A DNA stretch of 47,721 bases from Thermotogota bacterium (GTDB lineage Bacteria; Bipolaricaulota; Bipolaricaulia; UBA7950; UBA9294), in NCBI GenBank assembly GCA_039679545.1, contig JBDKUT010000160.1, positions 1 through 47,721 of the forward strand. The letters are read 5' to 3'. Below are positions 35,536-45,459 of the stretch, piece by piece. A program made the position numbers and the translations under genes. The notes under the pieces were generated by a model. That model saw nothing but the letters and a program-made list of their open reading frames with translations. It made no database searches and was not told where the DNA came from. How positions within the stretch are numbered: position 1 is the first letter of the stretch; each line of letters starts with the position of its first letter.

Positions 35536-36099
35536 CTAGACCTCCACGACACGGTTCCGTTCGACCGCGAGCGCCTTCCCGCAAGCTGCCGCTCGGAGGT
35601 TCGTCTCGACGAACTTCTCGGGAACGCTGTCGCGGATCGCGTGGTTCAGGGCATCCTCGGGAACGATCCCCGTCGCCTGACGAAGGAAACCAAGGAGCAC
35701 CATGTTGGCAACGATCGGCATGCCAAACTGCTCCGTTGCCACCTGCGTCACCGGAACAGCTACCACTTGCACGTCGCTGCGTGAGGGAGTCGCTACAAAC
35801 TGAGGGTCGACGAGCAAGACGCCGCCCGGTCGCAGCCTCTTCGCATAGCGATCGTAGGCCGCCTGCGACATCGCAATCAGGACGTCGACCTGATCAGGAG
35901 ATGGAGAGCGAAGGGCTCCCTCAGCGATACTCAACTCCGCCTGACACTCGCCGCCACGCGCCTCCGATCCGTACGACTGGGTCTGGACTCCGTTCAGCCC
36001 CGCGCGGACCGCCGCGGTGCCGAGCACGGTGGCGGAGAGGACAAGCCCCTGCCCGCCAAAACCGCAAAACTGGAAGTTGACACGCCGCCCGCCACTCAT
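35536..36099 (-). CDS. 2-oxoacid:ferredoxin oxidoreductase gamma subunit
   Basis: GFGGQG, QSYGSEARGG, ANMVLLG. Confidence 0.92.
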   Translation of the reverse strand: MSGGRRVNFQFCGFGGQGLVLSATVLGTAAVRAGLNGVQTQSYGSEARGGECQAELSIAEGALRSPSPDQVDVLIAMSQAAYDRYAKRLRPGGVLLVDPQFVATPSRSDVQVVAVPVTQVATEQFGMPIVANMVLLGFLRQATGIVPEDALNHAIRDSVPEKFVETNLRAAACGKALAVERNRVVEV

Positions 36100-36911
36100 G
36101 ACTCCCCTCCTTGCGGCATCGTCGAGCTGCCCGCAAACACGGGGCGGCTCGTGTTCACAAAGTCCCCGAGGACGAACCGCGTTCCGAGGTCGTCCGCGGA
36201 GAGGAGCTTCGCCTGCTCCGCCGTTACCGAATGCTCTTCAATCCAGCGGATGTTTTTCGCAGCGTCGCCCGATCCCAGCGCTCGGCGTCCGTAGTTCGTC
36301 GGACACTGCGCCACGAACTCCACGAGCGAGAAGCCTCGGTGTCGCAATGCCCCTTCGATCGCGCGAATCCCTTGCCGTGAGCGGAACGTATTCCATCGGC
36401 TGACGTACGTAGCGCCCGCTGTGGCGGCAAGCGCGCAGAGGTCGAACCGCGGCTCGACGTTTCCGTAGGGCGTTGTCATCGTATTCGCTCCCTCCGGAGT
36501 CGTAGGCGCGACCTGCCCCCCCGTCATGCCGTAGTTGAGGTTATTGACGACGATCATGGTGACGTCGAGGTTTCGCCGAGCGGCCTGGATGAGGTGATTC
36601 CCCCCAATGGCCGCGGCGTCGCCGTCACCCGAGAAGATGACTACCTTGAGTGCGGGGTTGTGAAGCTTCACACCTGTTGCCCAAGGCAAGGTCCTTCCGT
36701 GAACGCCGTGAAGGCAGTCAGCCTTGAGGTAGACCGGAATCCGCGCCGTGCAGCCTACGCCGCCGATTCCGACCAAGCGGCCGAAATCGAGCCCGACGGC
36801 GTCCGCCGCGCGGAGAAAGTAGTTGAGCACCTGGGCCGCGCCGCAGCCGGGACAGAAGAAATGCGGCAGGCTCCCCTCCCGCAAATTCCTCGTGAGCGGG
36901 TTCAGCGTCAT
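36096..36911 (-). CDS. 2-oxoacid:ferredoxin oxidoreductase beta (TPP-binding) subunit
   Basis: FCPGCG, GVGC, HGR, GDGD...NN, YGMTGGQ, CPT; ATG at 36911. Confidence 0.93.
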   Translation of the reverse strand: MTLNPLTRNLREGSLPHFFCPGCGAAQVLNYFLRAADAVGLDFGRLVGIGGVGCTARIPVYLKADCLHGVHGRTLPWATGVKLHNPALKVVIFSGDGDAAAIGGNHLIQAARRNLDVTMIVVNNLNYGMTGGQVAPTTPEGANTMTTPYGNVEPRFDLCALAATAGATYVSRWNTFRSRQGIRAIEGALRHRGFSLVEFVAQCPTNYGRRALGSGDAAKNIRWIEEHSVTAEQAKLLSADDLGTRFVLGDFVNTSRPVFAGSSTMPQGGES

Positions 36912-38047
36912 CGCGCCGCCTCCTCGATCACGCGCAGGATCTCCTGCGCTGTGTGGATCTCGCCGCGGTTCTTCGTCACGCGGACGACCGGGCACCGCCT
37001 GCCGACGACGCGCTCGATCTCCCCGGCGTACTTCCCTACATTCATCTCCACCGCGAGCACAGCGCGCGCTTGCTGAGCGGCGTGACGGATCTCGTCCTCC
37101 GCGACGGGCCACACGGTGACGAGCCGAAGAAGCCCGGCCGCGATCCCGTTCTCGCGTGCGGCCTCCACCGCGTCGAGCGCTGGGCGCGCTTCGCTTCCGT
37201 AGGCGATGAGGACAATCTGCGCGTCGGCCAGGTAGTACGCCTCGGTCTCGACGATCTCGCGTCGATGGGCTGTGATCTTGCCGAGGATCCGCTCGTACAT
37301 TCTTTCGAATACGTCGGCATCCCAGGCAATTCCGCCGCGCTCGTCATGCGGGTTCAGGGAGTGAAGAATCCCGTACCCCTCGCCAAGGTTGGGCAAGGGC
37401 GGCACGCCGTTCTTCTCGGCTCGAAAGGGTATGAACTCGGCCGGTGGCACAGCCGGACGGCGGCGGTTCACAATAGGGATCTCCGAGGCGTCTGGGATTG
37501 TCAGGTTCTCCCGCATCAAAGCAATCGTCGTCTCCGACATCACGATGACCGGTGCGCGGAAGCGCTCGGCGAGATTGAACGCCTTCACGGTGTGGTCGAA
37601 CAGCTCCTGCACCGACCACGGCGCGAGCACAATCATCTCGTGGTCCCCGCTCGCCGCCCAGCGAAGCTGCATGACGTCCGCCTGGGTCGCGTAGTTCTCG
37701 CCGCGGCAGCGCTGCACGTCGACGATCACACACGGGATCTCGGCGGCGACGGCATAGCCGACACCTTCCAGCATGTAGTTGAATCCCTCGCTCGCCGTCG
37801 CCGTCATCGCCTTCGCTCCGGCGAGCGAGGCCCCGGTTACCGCGTACACCGAACACAGTTCGTCCTCTCCCTGCAGGAACTTGCCACCGACCTCCGGCAT
37901 GCGCGACGCCATGCGTTCAGAGATCTCGTTCGCCGGCGTGATCGGGTACCCGGCGAAGAAGTCGCACCCCGCGGCTAGTGCTCCCTCCACCACCGCGTAG
38001 TTGCCCAACATGAAGTGCTTGCCTGTCAGCACCCTGCCACGTCCCAT
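36908..38047 (-). CDS. 2-oxoacid:ferredoxin oxidoreductase alpha subunit
   Basis: FAGYPITP, EDE, TATASEG, AYGS, VEMN; ATG at 38047 follows GAGGAGG. Confidence 0.93.
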   Translation of the reverse strand: MGRGRVLTGKHFMLGNYAVVEGALAAGCDFFAGYPITPANEISERMASRMPEVGGKFLQGEDELCSVYAVTGASLAGAKAMTATASEGFNYMLEGVGYAVAAEIPCVIVDVQRCRGENYATQADVMQLRWAASGDHEMIVLAPWSVQELFDHTVKAFNLAERFRAPVIVMSETTIALMRENLTIPDASEIPIVNRRRPAVPPAEFIPFRAEKNGVPPLPNLGEGYGILHSLNPHDERGGIAWDADVFERMYERILGKITAHRREIVETEAYYLADAQIVLIAYGSEARPALDAVEAARENGIAAGLLRLVTVWPVAEDEIRHAAQQARAVLAVEMNVGKYAGEIERVVGRRCPVVRVTKNRGEIHTAQEILRVIEEAAR

Positions 38048-38058
38048 GCGCAACCTCC

Positions 38059-39273
38059 TCAGTGAGTAGAGCCCACTTGCTTTGCTCTCCCCCGCTTCTG
38101 GGGCGCGCGCTGGCGAAAGAAGCGGCCCATACGGGCAAAAGCCTCGCGGATGTCCTCTTCGCTCGCGGCGTAGGACAGTCGGAGATGCCCCTCTCCGCAA
38201 GATCCGAAGGCCGAGCCCGGCACAGTCGCAACGTGCGTCTCCTCCAGCAACGCCTTGGCCAAGTCAACGGACGGCTCGTTTGATTGGAACGACGGGAAAC
38301 AGTAGAAGGCGCCTAGCGGTTCGTGGGCGCAGCGAAGGTAGCCGGATGCCTGAATCCTCTCCACCATCAGGCTGCGCCGCGTGGCGAATCCCCGAACCAT
38401 CTCATCGGCGGCGCTCGCGGACTCGGCGCTCGTCAGCGCCTCGAGGGCTCCCGCCTGGGCAAACGCCGTCACGCAGCTTGTCGAGTGCTGCGTGATTTTG
38501 AGCATTCCCTTCAGGATCCCGCGCGGCGCCGCCACGTACCCTAGGCGCCAGCCGGTCATGGCGTAGCTCTTGGAGAAGCCGTTTACGGTGATAACGTTGT
38601 CGAACTCGGACGCGGGGCTGTACCGTTCCGCGCCGTAGTTGAGACGCTCGTAGATCTCGTCCGAAAGGACATACGCGCCGCGGTCCTTCGCCATTCGTAC
38701 AATGGAGCGGACGGTCTCGGGCGGGAAGACGGCCCCTGTAGGATTGCACGGCGAGTTGACCACGACGACTCGAATGGAGTCGTCGAGGCATGCGGCGACT
38801 CTGTCGAGGTCAGGCTGGAACCCCTCCACGGGGCTCGAGGGGACGCGCACGACACCAGCGCCCGCCATCTGTGCAGCCGGCTCGTAGCTCACCCACGCAG
38901 GGTCAAGCAGCAGTACCCGATCGCCCGGTTCCAGCATCGCCTGGAACGCTAGGTAGATCGCGTACTTCGCACCGGGAGTTACCATGACGTCCTGCACCGC
39001 CGCAACGATGCCATTCTCCTTCGTGAGCTTGGAACAGATCGCTTCCCGCAGTGCGAAGTCCCCAGCCGTCAGCTCGTACTTGGTTTTCCCCGCCGCGAGC
39101 GCCTCACATGCCGCACGCTTGATGTTCTCCGGCGTGTCGTAGCACGGCTCCCCCACTCCCAGGGAAATGACGTCCTTGGCTCCTTCTCGCAGGAGAGTCT
39201 TTAGCGCGTTGTCGACCTCCTCGGTCGCCGACGACGCTATGCTCGCTACCTTCGTTGATAGAGCCTGTCGCAT
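38059..39273 (-). CDS. PLP-dependent aminotransferase class I/II (AspC-like)
   Basis: GEP, NSPCNPTG, SDEIY, NGFSKSYAMTGWRLG, GAFY, RLSYA; ATG at 39273 follows GGAGG. Confidence 0.93.
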   Translation of the reverse strand: MRQALSTKVASIASSATEEVDNALKTLLREGAKDVISLGVGEPCYDTPENIKRAACEALAAGKTKYELTAGDFALREAICSKLTKENGIVAAVQDVMVTPGAKYAIYLAFQAMLEPGDRVLLLDPAWVSYEPAAQMAGAGVVRVPSSPVEGFQPDLDRVAACLDDSIRVVVVNSPCNPTGAVFPPETVRSIVRMAKDRGAYVLSDEIYERLNYGAERYSPASEFDNVITVNGFSKSYAMTGWRLGYVAAPRGILKGMLKITQHSTSCVTAFAQAGALEALTSAESASAADEMVRGFATRRSLMVERIQASGYLRCAHEPLGAFYCFPSFQSNEPSVDLAKALLEETHVATVPGSAFGSCGEGHLRLSYAASEEDIREAFARMGRFFRQRAPQKRGRAKQVGSTH

Positions 39274-39416
39274 GATGTCTTCCTCCGTTCCTGACCAACG
39301 CGGAGCTGTCCGCTTCTCTCCGGGGCTCGCACACCTGGCGCGAGATCCCGCCCCGCGGCCTCTCCACGCCGCTGCCTCCCGGGAGCCAGTCCGACCCCCC
39401 TCAACCTCGCTCTGTT

Positions 39417-40598
39417 TCACCCAAGCCCGTCGCTACCGCCTTTGCTGGCGGCTTCTCCTTTGACTATCCTTCGGAGCACCTCGGCAAGGAGCAGGGTCCG
39501 GACGCGGAGAGAGGTCAGATCGACCCACTCGTCGTTCGTGTGGGCCCCTCCCCCGGCAGGGCCCATCCCGTCAATGCAGGGCACCCCCAGCGAGGTCAGC
39601 AGGTTTCCGTCTGAGGCTCCTCCACGGGGCTCCGCCTCGAAGGCAAGCTCCGTCCCCAGACTTCTTGCGACCGATGTGATGAGATCCCGGAACCGCTCGG
39701 TTCCCGAAACCGGCTCCATTGGCGGGCGGTGAAACCTCCCCGCGACAGAGACAGACGTACCGGCCGTGTACGTGGCGTGCACGATCCTGGCGAGCGCACG
39801 CTCGATCCGCTCCTGCTCTCCCCGACTGGCGACCCGGACGTCCACGACGGCCTCTGCCGCATCCGGGACGACGCTCGGCCCCGTTCCGCCACCGAGCACT
39901 CCGACGCTGACGGAAGTTCCCCGCTCGGAATCCTGAAGACGTATCGTGTCTCCAAGCGCCTGAATCAACGCGTGGATCGCATTGGCCCCCATCCCCTCGG
40001 CGGCGTGAGCCGATCGGCCGGCGGCTGCGAAGTGAAAGACGCCGACCCCCCTGCGCGAAAGCACCAACTTGCCTTCCGTGTCCGGCGGCTCGAGGAGGAA
40101 GACGCACTGGGCTCCCCCGACCACAGCGGGGAGGTGCGCCCGGCTTTCGGGAGAGCCCGGCTCCTCGTCTCCGTTGAGGAAGACACGGAGCCCCACTTCC
40201 GACGCGCGAATCCCGTTCTCACAGACCATGCGCAGAGCGCACACCAGAAGGGCCAGTCCGCCCTTCATGTCCAACACTCCGGGTCCCCGCGCCGTCTGGG
40301 TTGACGCGTCCATCGCGAACGGGCGGCGGGCTGCGGTCCCGGCGGGGAACACCGTGTCCATATGCCCCATCAGCATGACAGCCCGGCTGCTGGGCCCCCA
40401 CGTTGCGTACACCGTCGGGGCGAAGCGGTTCTCTGCAAGCCACTGCACATCAAAACCGAGCGACGATAGTTCAGCCGACAGGATGTCTGCGACGCGCCGA
40501 ACGCCAGCCATGTCTTCGCTTCCGCTGTCGACGTTCACCAATCGTGCGAGGAGATCTACTTCTTCTCCGAACCACTGCGTCGATCGGCCATCCACCAT
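39417..40598 (-). CDS. M20 metallo-amidohydrolase, carboxypeptidase G2-like
   Basis: GHMDTV, DMKGG, DEE, EP, GGASDGN, GAHTNDE; no signal peptide. Confidence 0.9.
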   Translation of the reverse strand: MVDGRSTQWFGEEVDLLARLVNVDSGSEDMAGVRRVADILSAELSSLGFDVQWLAENRFAPTVYATWGPSSRAVMLMGHMDTVFPAGTAARRPFAMDASTQTARGPGVLDMKGGLALLVCALRMVCENGIRASEVGLRVFLNGDEEPGSPESRAHLPAVVGGAQCVFLLEPPDTEGKLVLSRRGVGVFHFAAAGRSAHAAEGMGANAIHALIQALGDTIRLQDSERGTSVSVGVLGGGTGPSVVPDAAEAVVDVRVASRGEQERIERALARIVHATYTAGTSVSVAGRFHRPPMEPVSGTERFRDLITSVARSLGTELAFEAEPRGGASDGNLLTSLGVPCIDGMGPAGGGAHTNDEWVDLTSLRVRTLLLAEVLRRIVKGEAASKGGSDGLG

Positions 40599-40604
40599 GT
40601 CGAC

Positions 40605-42146
40605 CTACCTTCCGTCCGCCGTGCTGGCGGGCTCGTCGAGCGTTTCCTGCATCAGCAGCTCGGCAAGCTGCGCGCGTGCCGACAACGTGAGCGTCTCGCA
40701 GGTCGCCAAGGCGCGCGCCGCAGCCTCACCACTGGTTCTCGCGAGCAGGTTACGGAGCCCCCCTTCATCGTCATGGCGCTGGAAAGCCGCTACGCGTTCG
40801 GTCAGGTCCGGCAGCGCGTCGATCCATTCCCTCTCCAGGGCGTCGTACGCTTCCCGGATGGCCGGGTAGAGCAGGCTCCAGCCATGGCGAGCCAAGGCGC
40901 CCAACGAGAAGAACTTCCAGAACGCGCCCTTGTGCGGATCGCCGGTGTCGTATCCCTCTGGTAGGGCGTCCGCCGCCGGGAAGAGGGGCACGTAGCACCC
41001 CGTGGAAGGTGAGTGAAAAGAAAACCAGACCACGTCGGGAGCCGGGGCCTGTAAGGCCCCGCGAGCTTGAGCCACGTAGCTCAACTGCGTGTTGAACATG
41101 TCGATCGGTCTCGGATACGGCGTTGGGACGGCGAAGGGGGGGTGCGGACACCCGTAGACTCCCCCGCCGTTCTCCGGGCGGGTCGTGTCGAACGGAGTCC
41201 CTTCGTAGTGGTCGCGCAGGATAGCCAGAACCTCGAGAAGGGACAGTTTGTGACGTGGGACGACGAAGTGCGGGCCGGCCCACTCGACGCCCTGAGTTGG
41301 CTCGGGCAGCGCGTGGCCGCCGGCGAGGCTCATCACGCGCCACTCACGTAGTGTGCTGTACACCCGGTGGCTGCTCGGCACACCGTCTCCATCGCGGTCA
41401 CCGTACGCCGTACAGAACGAGAACGGACGCTTAGAGGCCTGATCGTACCAACCCTGCTGCACGGCATAAGGGATCAGTCCCGGTGAACTCAGGTACTCGC
41501 CTCCTTCCGGGTTGCCCTCTCCGCTCAGCCAGAAGCGGTTGGCGTTTACTGACACGGCGTCGTCCGGCACGCGCTGCGCGATCCACTCATGCCCTCCTGG
41601 AGCGTTGAACCACCAAGCCTCTGCAAGATCAATGACCCCGATGTTCTTTCCGGACGGGAACGGCCCCACGTCCAACAGGCCGTGCTCTTCTACGAGGGCG
41701 CCCATGATGGCGACGGCATCGCGCGCCGATCTCGCACGCTCTAGCGCGATCCGCATGAGCTGGAAGTGGCTAATGTAGCTTTCGGCAGCCCGCCGCAGGA
41801 GACGCCGGGAGCGGCACGCGTTCATCACCATGGCGACATGGTGCTCGTTCATGCAGGGAAGGTAGTCCGTGCCGAGCACTCGAGCTGTTGCCCGTGCCTG
41901 GGGCACGTACGCCGCGATGTCCTGTCTCGCTCTACGCCAGTCTCGGTAGATCGGGATCTTCGTTCCAGCGGCGTGGTTCTGTCTCGGCTGCATCTCCAGC
42001 CAGGCCACGGATCCCCCGTCCGAGTTGAAGGCCGCCGTGACCGATCCGTCGGCGGTGGCGTCCTTTCCGAGGAGGAGCGTCGTGCACCCTCCTGCTTCCA
42101 GGGCGTTCGGGCAACGCAGGTTCACTCTCACAGTCGCCTCGTCCAC
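40605..42146 (-). CDS. C69-family Ntn-hydrolase (dipeptidase/secernin-like)
   Basis: CTTLLLGKDATADGS, MNEH, ALERARSARDA, WIAQRVPDD, ANRF, LRDHYEGT. Confidence 0.88.
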   Translation of the reverse strand: MDEATVRVNLRCPNALEAGGCTTLLLGKDATADGSVTAAFNSDGGSVAWLEMQPRQNHAAGTKIPIYRDWRRARQDIAAYVPQARATARVLGTDYLPCMNEHHVAMVMNACRSRRLLRRAAESYISHFQLMRIALERARSARDAVAIMGALVEEHGLLDVGPFPSGKNIGVIDLAEAWWFNAPGGHEWIAQRVPDDAVSVNANRFWLSGEGNPEGGEYLSSPGLIPYAVQQGWYDQASKRPFSFCTAYGDRDGDGVPSSHRVYSTLREWRVMSLAGGHALPEPTQGVEWAGPHFVVPRHKLSLLEVLAILRDHYEGTPFDTTRPENGGGVYGCPHPPFAVPTPYPRPIDMFNTQLSYVAQARGALQAPAPDVVWFSFHSPSTGCYVPLFPAADALPEGYDTGDPHKGAFWKFFSLGALARHGWSLLYPAIREAYDALEREWIDALPDLTERVAAFQRHDDEGGLRNLLARTSGEAAARALATCETLTLSARAQLAELLMQETLDEPASTADGR

Positions 42147-42148
42147 TC

Positions 42149-43306
42149 TCAGGCCACAAGGTCCTGGCTGAGGTGCGTCAGAATCTCGGCGCCCGTTTTC
42201 GTGACGAGCACCGTCTCACTCACGCCAACGCCGTACATGCCGTACCTACGAAGCGCGGGAGGAATGTGGAACACCATGCCAGGCTGGAGAATCGTCTGAT
42301 CGCCTTCCGAGAGGCTGACGATGTGCCCCTCCCCCCAGTCGGGGGGAAAGCTGACGCCTACGGAGTACCCCGCACGCTTGCGGAAGTTCTCGGTGTACCC
42401 CGCGTCGTCGATGACGGCCTGGCACGCGCGATGCGGCACCTCGGCTCTCACACCTGGTTTGATGGCGGCAATGCAAGCCGCAAGGCCCTCGACGCACGTC
42501 TTGTACATCCGCCTCACTTCGGCCGGCGGCTCTCCGACGCAGCCGGTTCGCATCAATGCAGCGGTATAGCGGTTGTAACAGCCGCCCAACTCGAGCAGCG
42601 CGACGTCTCCGCGCTTCAGCACGTAACGATGGAACGTCGTGTGGGCGACCCCCGACTTTCTCCCCGCCGTGATGATGGGTTGGGACGACAAGTACTCGCC
42701 GCCCCGCGCCATGCAGCCGTGGAACATCGCGGCGGCGATGTCGTTCTCGCTTACCCCGGCCTTCACTGCAGCCAATCCCTCGGCCATGCCGGCTTCCGTG
42801 ATGTGGGCGGATTCGCGCAGACACTCGATCTCCTGAGGCGACTTGATCGCGCGCAGCGCCTCGACCAGACCGTGGACCGGCAGCCCTGCACGGCCCAGCT
42901 TCGCCATGACGCGACCGAAGTCCCGCGCCGTCAGGAACTGCGCTTCTTCCTCCACCCCCACGCGCCCTTTGGCAAGCTTGCGGGCGTCCAGCGCCGCGAG
43001 GAGCGCCTCGGCCGGCGCCTGATTGTCGGAGTAGAGGACAATGTCATCCACGGTCGACGAGTACTCAGCGCACCCTAGTTCCATTTCGCGCACGAGCAAC
43101 ATCAGGCGTCCTTGGCTGCTCACCGCGAGACACTGGAACGAGGAGTATCCAATGGACTGATATCCACACAAGTAGTGCGTGTTCTCCGGCGTGAAGACAA
43201 GGAGGACGTCGAGGCTCTGTTCAGCCATCCGCTGCTGCAAACGCTTGATACGGCTCTCATACTCCTCGCGAGGGAACACGAGTTGTTTCTCCAGCACGTC
43301 TGACAC
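42149..43306 (-). CDS. M24-fold hydrolase, ectoine hydrolase (DoeA)/creatinase-like
   Basis: FPREEY..R, IKSPQEI, ELGGCYNRY, GYSVGVSFPPDWGE, GMVFH; GTG follows AAAGGAG. Confidence 0.88.
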   Translation of the reverse strand: MSDVLEKQLVFPREEYESRIKRLQQRMAEQSLDVLLVFTPENTHYLCGYQSIGYSSFQCLAVSSQGRLMLLVREMELGCAEYSSTVDDIVLYSDNQAPAEALLAALDARKLAKGRVGVEEEAQFLTARDFGRVMAKLGRAGLPVHGLVEALRAIKSPQEIECLRESAHITEAGMAEGLAAVKAGVSENDIAAAMFHGCMARGGEYLSSQPIITAGRKSGVAHTTFHRYVLKRGDVALLELGGCYNRYTAALMRTGCVGEPPAEVRRMYKTCVEGLAACIAAIKPGVRAEVPHRACQAVIDDAGYTENFRKRAGYSVGVSFPPDWGEGHIVSLSEGDQTILQPGMVFHIPPALRRYGMYGVGVSETVLVTKTGAEILTHLSQDLVA

Positions 43307-43350
43307 ACTCGCTCCTTTCGTTACCGAACGGCAGCTTGATGCCGCGGCGT

Positions 43351-44181
43351 CTACGCCATTCCTGCGGTCTTCTTGGCCAACGCCTTCACGACAACAGAGA
43401 CTCCCGCGTTCAGGATGACAACCACCAACGCGAGCACGATGAGGGCGGAGAACACGCCCGCTGTGTTGTACTTCGTGCTCGACATTGAGATCAGGAAAGC
43501 GATACCCCGGTAGGACGCGATGAACTCACCGACGACAGCACCGACGACAGCGTCGGGCACAGCGATTCCGAGAGACGTCAGCATGAACGGAAGAACCGCG
43601 GGGATGATGACCTTGTTGATCGTTGCTGCGCGGCTTGCCCCGAGCGTCTTCGCGACCGTCAACAGCCCGCGATCCACATTGCGGATCGCGCGAATCGTGT
43701 TCATGAAGATGATGAAGAAGACGAAGAACGCCGTAAGCAGGATCTTGGGCAACATGCCGACACCCAGCCACATGATCAGAAGCGGCGCGATGGCGATCGA
43801 GGGGATCGAGTACACAACCAACACGAGTGGCTCGATGACCTCATAGAAAAAGAGAAGCAGGCCTAGGACGATCGCCATCGAGATGGCCGTCACCGCGCCC
43901 AGCAGGTATCCCAGGGACATCTCGATCAGGGTAAACTGGAGGTGATACCATAAAGTGCCGGAACGGAGCCACTTGACTGACTGCCTAAGCACCGCAGAAG
44001 GAGAGGAGATGTAGAAAGGGTCGATCAACCGCCCGGACACCAACTCCCAGGCGACAAAGAACAAGACGATCAGCGCGATGCGAGCCAGAAGCGTCGACGC
44101 GGACATCCATCGGCGTTCGTGCTGCCACTTGGATCGAACGTTGTCCTGTAACTCGATCGAGTACGCATCCAGCGCCTGCAT
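43351..44181 (-). CDS. NitT/TauT-family ABC permease
   Basis: PSAV, IPSIAIAPL, TLGAS, GAVVGEFI. Confidence 0.92.
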   Translation of the reverse strand: MQALDAYSIELQDNVRSKWQHERRWMSASTLLARIALIVLFFVAWELVSGRLIDPFYISSPSAVLRQSVKWLRSGTLWYHLQFTLIEMSLGYLLGAVTAISMAIVLGLLLFFYEVIEPLVLVVYSIPSIAIAPLLIMWLGVGMLPKILLTAFFVFFIIFMNTIRAIRNVDRGLLTVAKTLGASRAATINKVIIPAVLPFMLTSLGIAVPDAVVGAVVGEFIASYRGIAFLISMSSTKYNTAGVFSALIVLALVVVILNAGVSVVVKALAKKTAGMA

Positions 44182-44235
44182 CTTCCTCCGGGCTCCTTTC
44201 TCGCTCGAGGACTCCCCCGTCAGCCAGTGATGCGA

Positions 44236-44277
44236 GGGAGAGGCGCTTTGGGTTGCGCCCAGAAGCGCCTCCTCCCC
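44236..44277. other. Intercistronic stem-loop just downstream of the SBP gene
   Basis: gggag-aggcgctt-tggg [ttgcg] ccca-g-aagcgcct-c-ctccc. Confidence 0.55.
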
Positions 44278-44296
44278 CAACCGGTCACGGCTTCGC

Positions 44297-45322
44297 TTAG
44301 TTGCTCACCGTATTCGGGTTGTAGATGTTCGTCCACAGGACGCCTTCCGTCGTGTTGAACTCGCCTTCAATCACGCCGAGTTGTCCGTAGACCTCGAGCT
44401 GGTTCTTGATTCCCTGCTCGGTGATCAGGCCGTCCGTGTTGCTGCCGAACCCAATCAGCGTCGCCTCGATAATCTCCACGGGTGTTGACGTGTACCAGCG
44501 AGCTTGGAGGACCCGAGCGGCGTCTGCTGGATGGTCGACGATATACTTGTTGGCCCGATCCACGGCCTTGCAGTAGCCAACACAAAGGCCGGGATTCGCT
44601 TCCGCCCAGTCCCGGTTCACCGCGATGTTGGTGAACATGAACTCCTTGAAGATGTCGATGTCTTGCCCAGGCCGGATCAGCATCGTCGCAACGCCGTCGG
44701 CAACCGCCTTCTGCGGATTCGGCGCAGAGAGCATGAATGCATCGATCTGGTCAGCAACAATGCCGGCATACAGGGCAGCCCCGTTGCCAATGGCGAGGAA
44801 CTGCGCATCGCGCTCGGGGTCCGCGCCGATCATCTGGAGCATATACTGGGGGAACAGCTGGGTCACCGCGCCGGGGCGTGTGATCCCGATGCGCAGGCCC
44901 TTCAGCACAGCAATCCGGTCGTTGATCGGCGATTGGGGGGTAACCCCCTTCTCGGCCAGGACGTCGTTCCGAACAACGAGGTTCATGCTCAGTCCGTTCT
45001 CGACGTTGTAGATGAAGACGATGTCCTTGCCTTGCGACTGCAAGTTCGCGACGTCATCGATGCCCAAGTCTACGAACTGGGCGTCGCCGGAGACGAGCGC
45101 CGCGGCGCCCAGAGCGCCGCTCGCGATCTCGACGAACTCGAAGTCCAGACCCTCGTCCTCAAAGTAGCCAAGCTCGTCGGCAAGCAGAATCCCGTTCATG
45201 CTTCCGACCAGGAAGCCGGCCTGAACAACCTTGGGCAGACTCGCTGCCAGCGAAGATAGCCCTAGCGCCATTGTGAGAAGAGCCACCCACACGACTATCC
45301 GGGGAAACCTGCTAACTTGCAT
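44297..45322 (-). CDS. NitT/TauT (SsuA/THI5-like) substrate-binding protein
   Basis: Signal peptide; ADELGYFEDEGLD, ALVSGD, LKGLRIGITRPG; ATG follows AGGAG. Confidence 0.9.
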   Translation of the reverse strand: MQVSRFPRIVVWVALLTMALGLSSLAASLPKVVQAGFLVGSMNGILLADELGYFEDEGLDFEFVEIASGALGAAALVSGDAQFVDLGIDDVANLQSQGKDIVFIYNVENGLSMNLVVRNDVLAEKGVTPQSPINDRIAVLKGLRIGITRPGAVTQLFPQYMLQMIGADPERDAQFLAIGNGAALYAGIVADQIDAFMLSAPNPQKAVADGVATMLIRPGQDIDIFKEFMFTNIAVNRDWAEANPGLCVGYCKAVDRANKYIVDHPADAARVLQARWYTSTPVEIIEATLIGFGSNTDGLITEQGIKNQLEVYGQLGVIEGEFNTTEGVLWTNIYNPNTVSN

Positions 45323-45459
45323 ACCGTCTCCTCCTGACTCGTACGTCTCTTGCACTGATCGTAAGCTACCGTAGCCCACACCTTGCCGTTCCATGCTCCG
45401 TCCGATGCCAGGCACCTCCTTTCACATCACTTCCCGACGCAGAGTTCCTGTGGAGAGGC

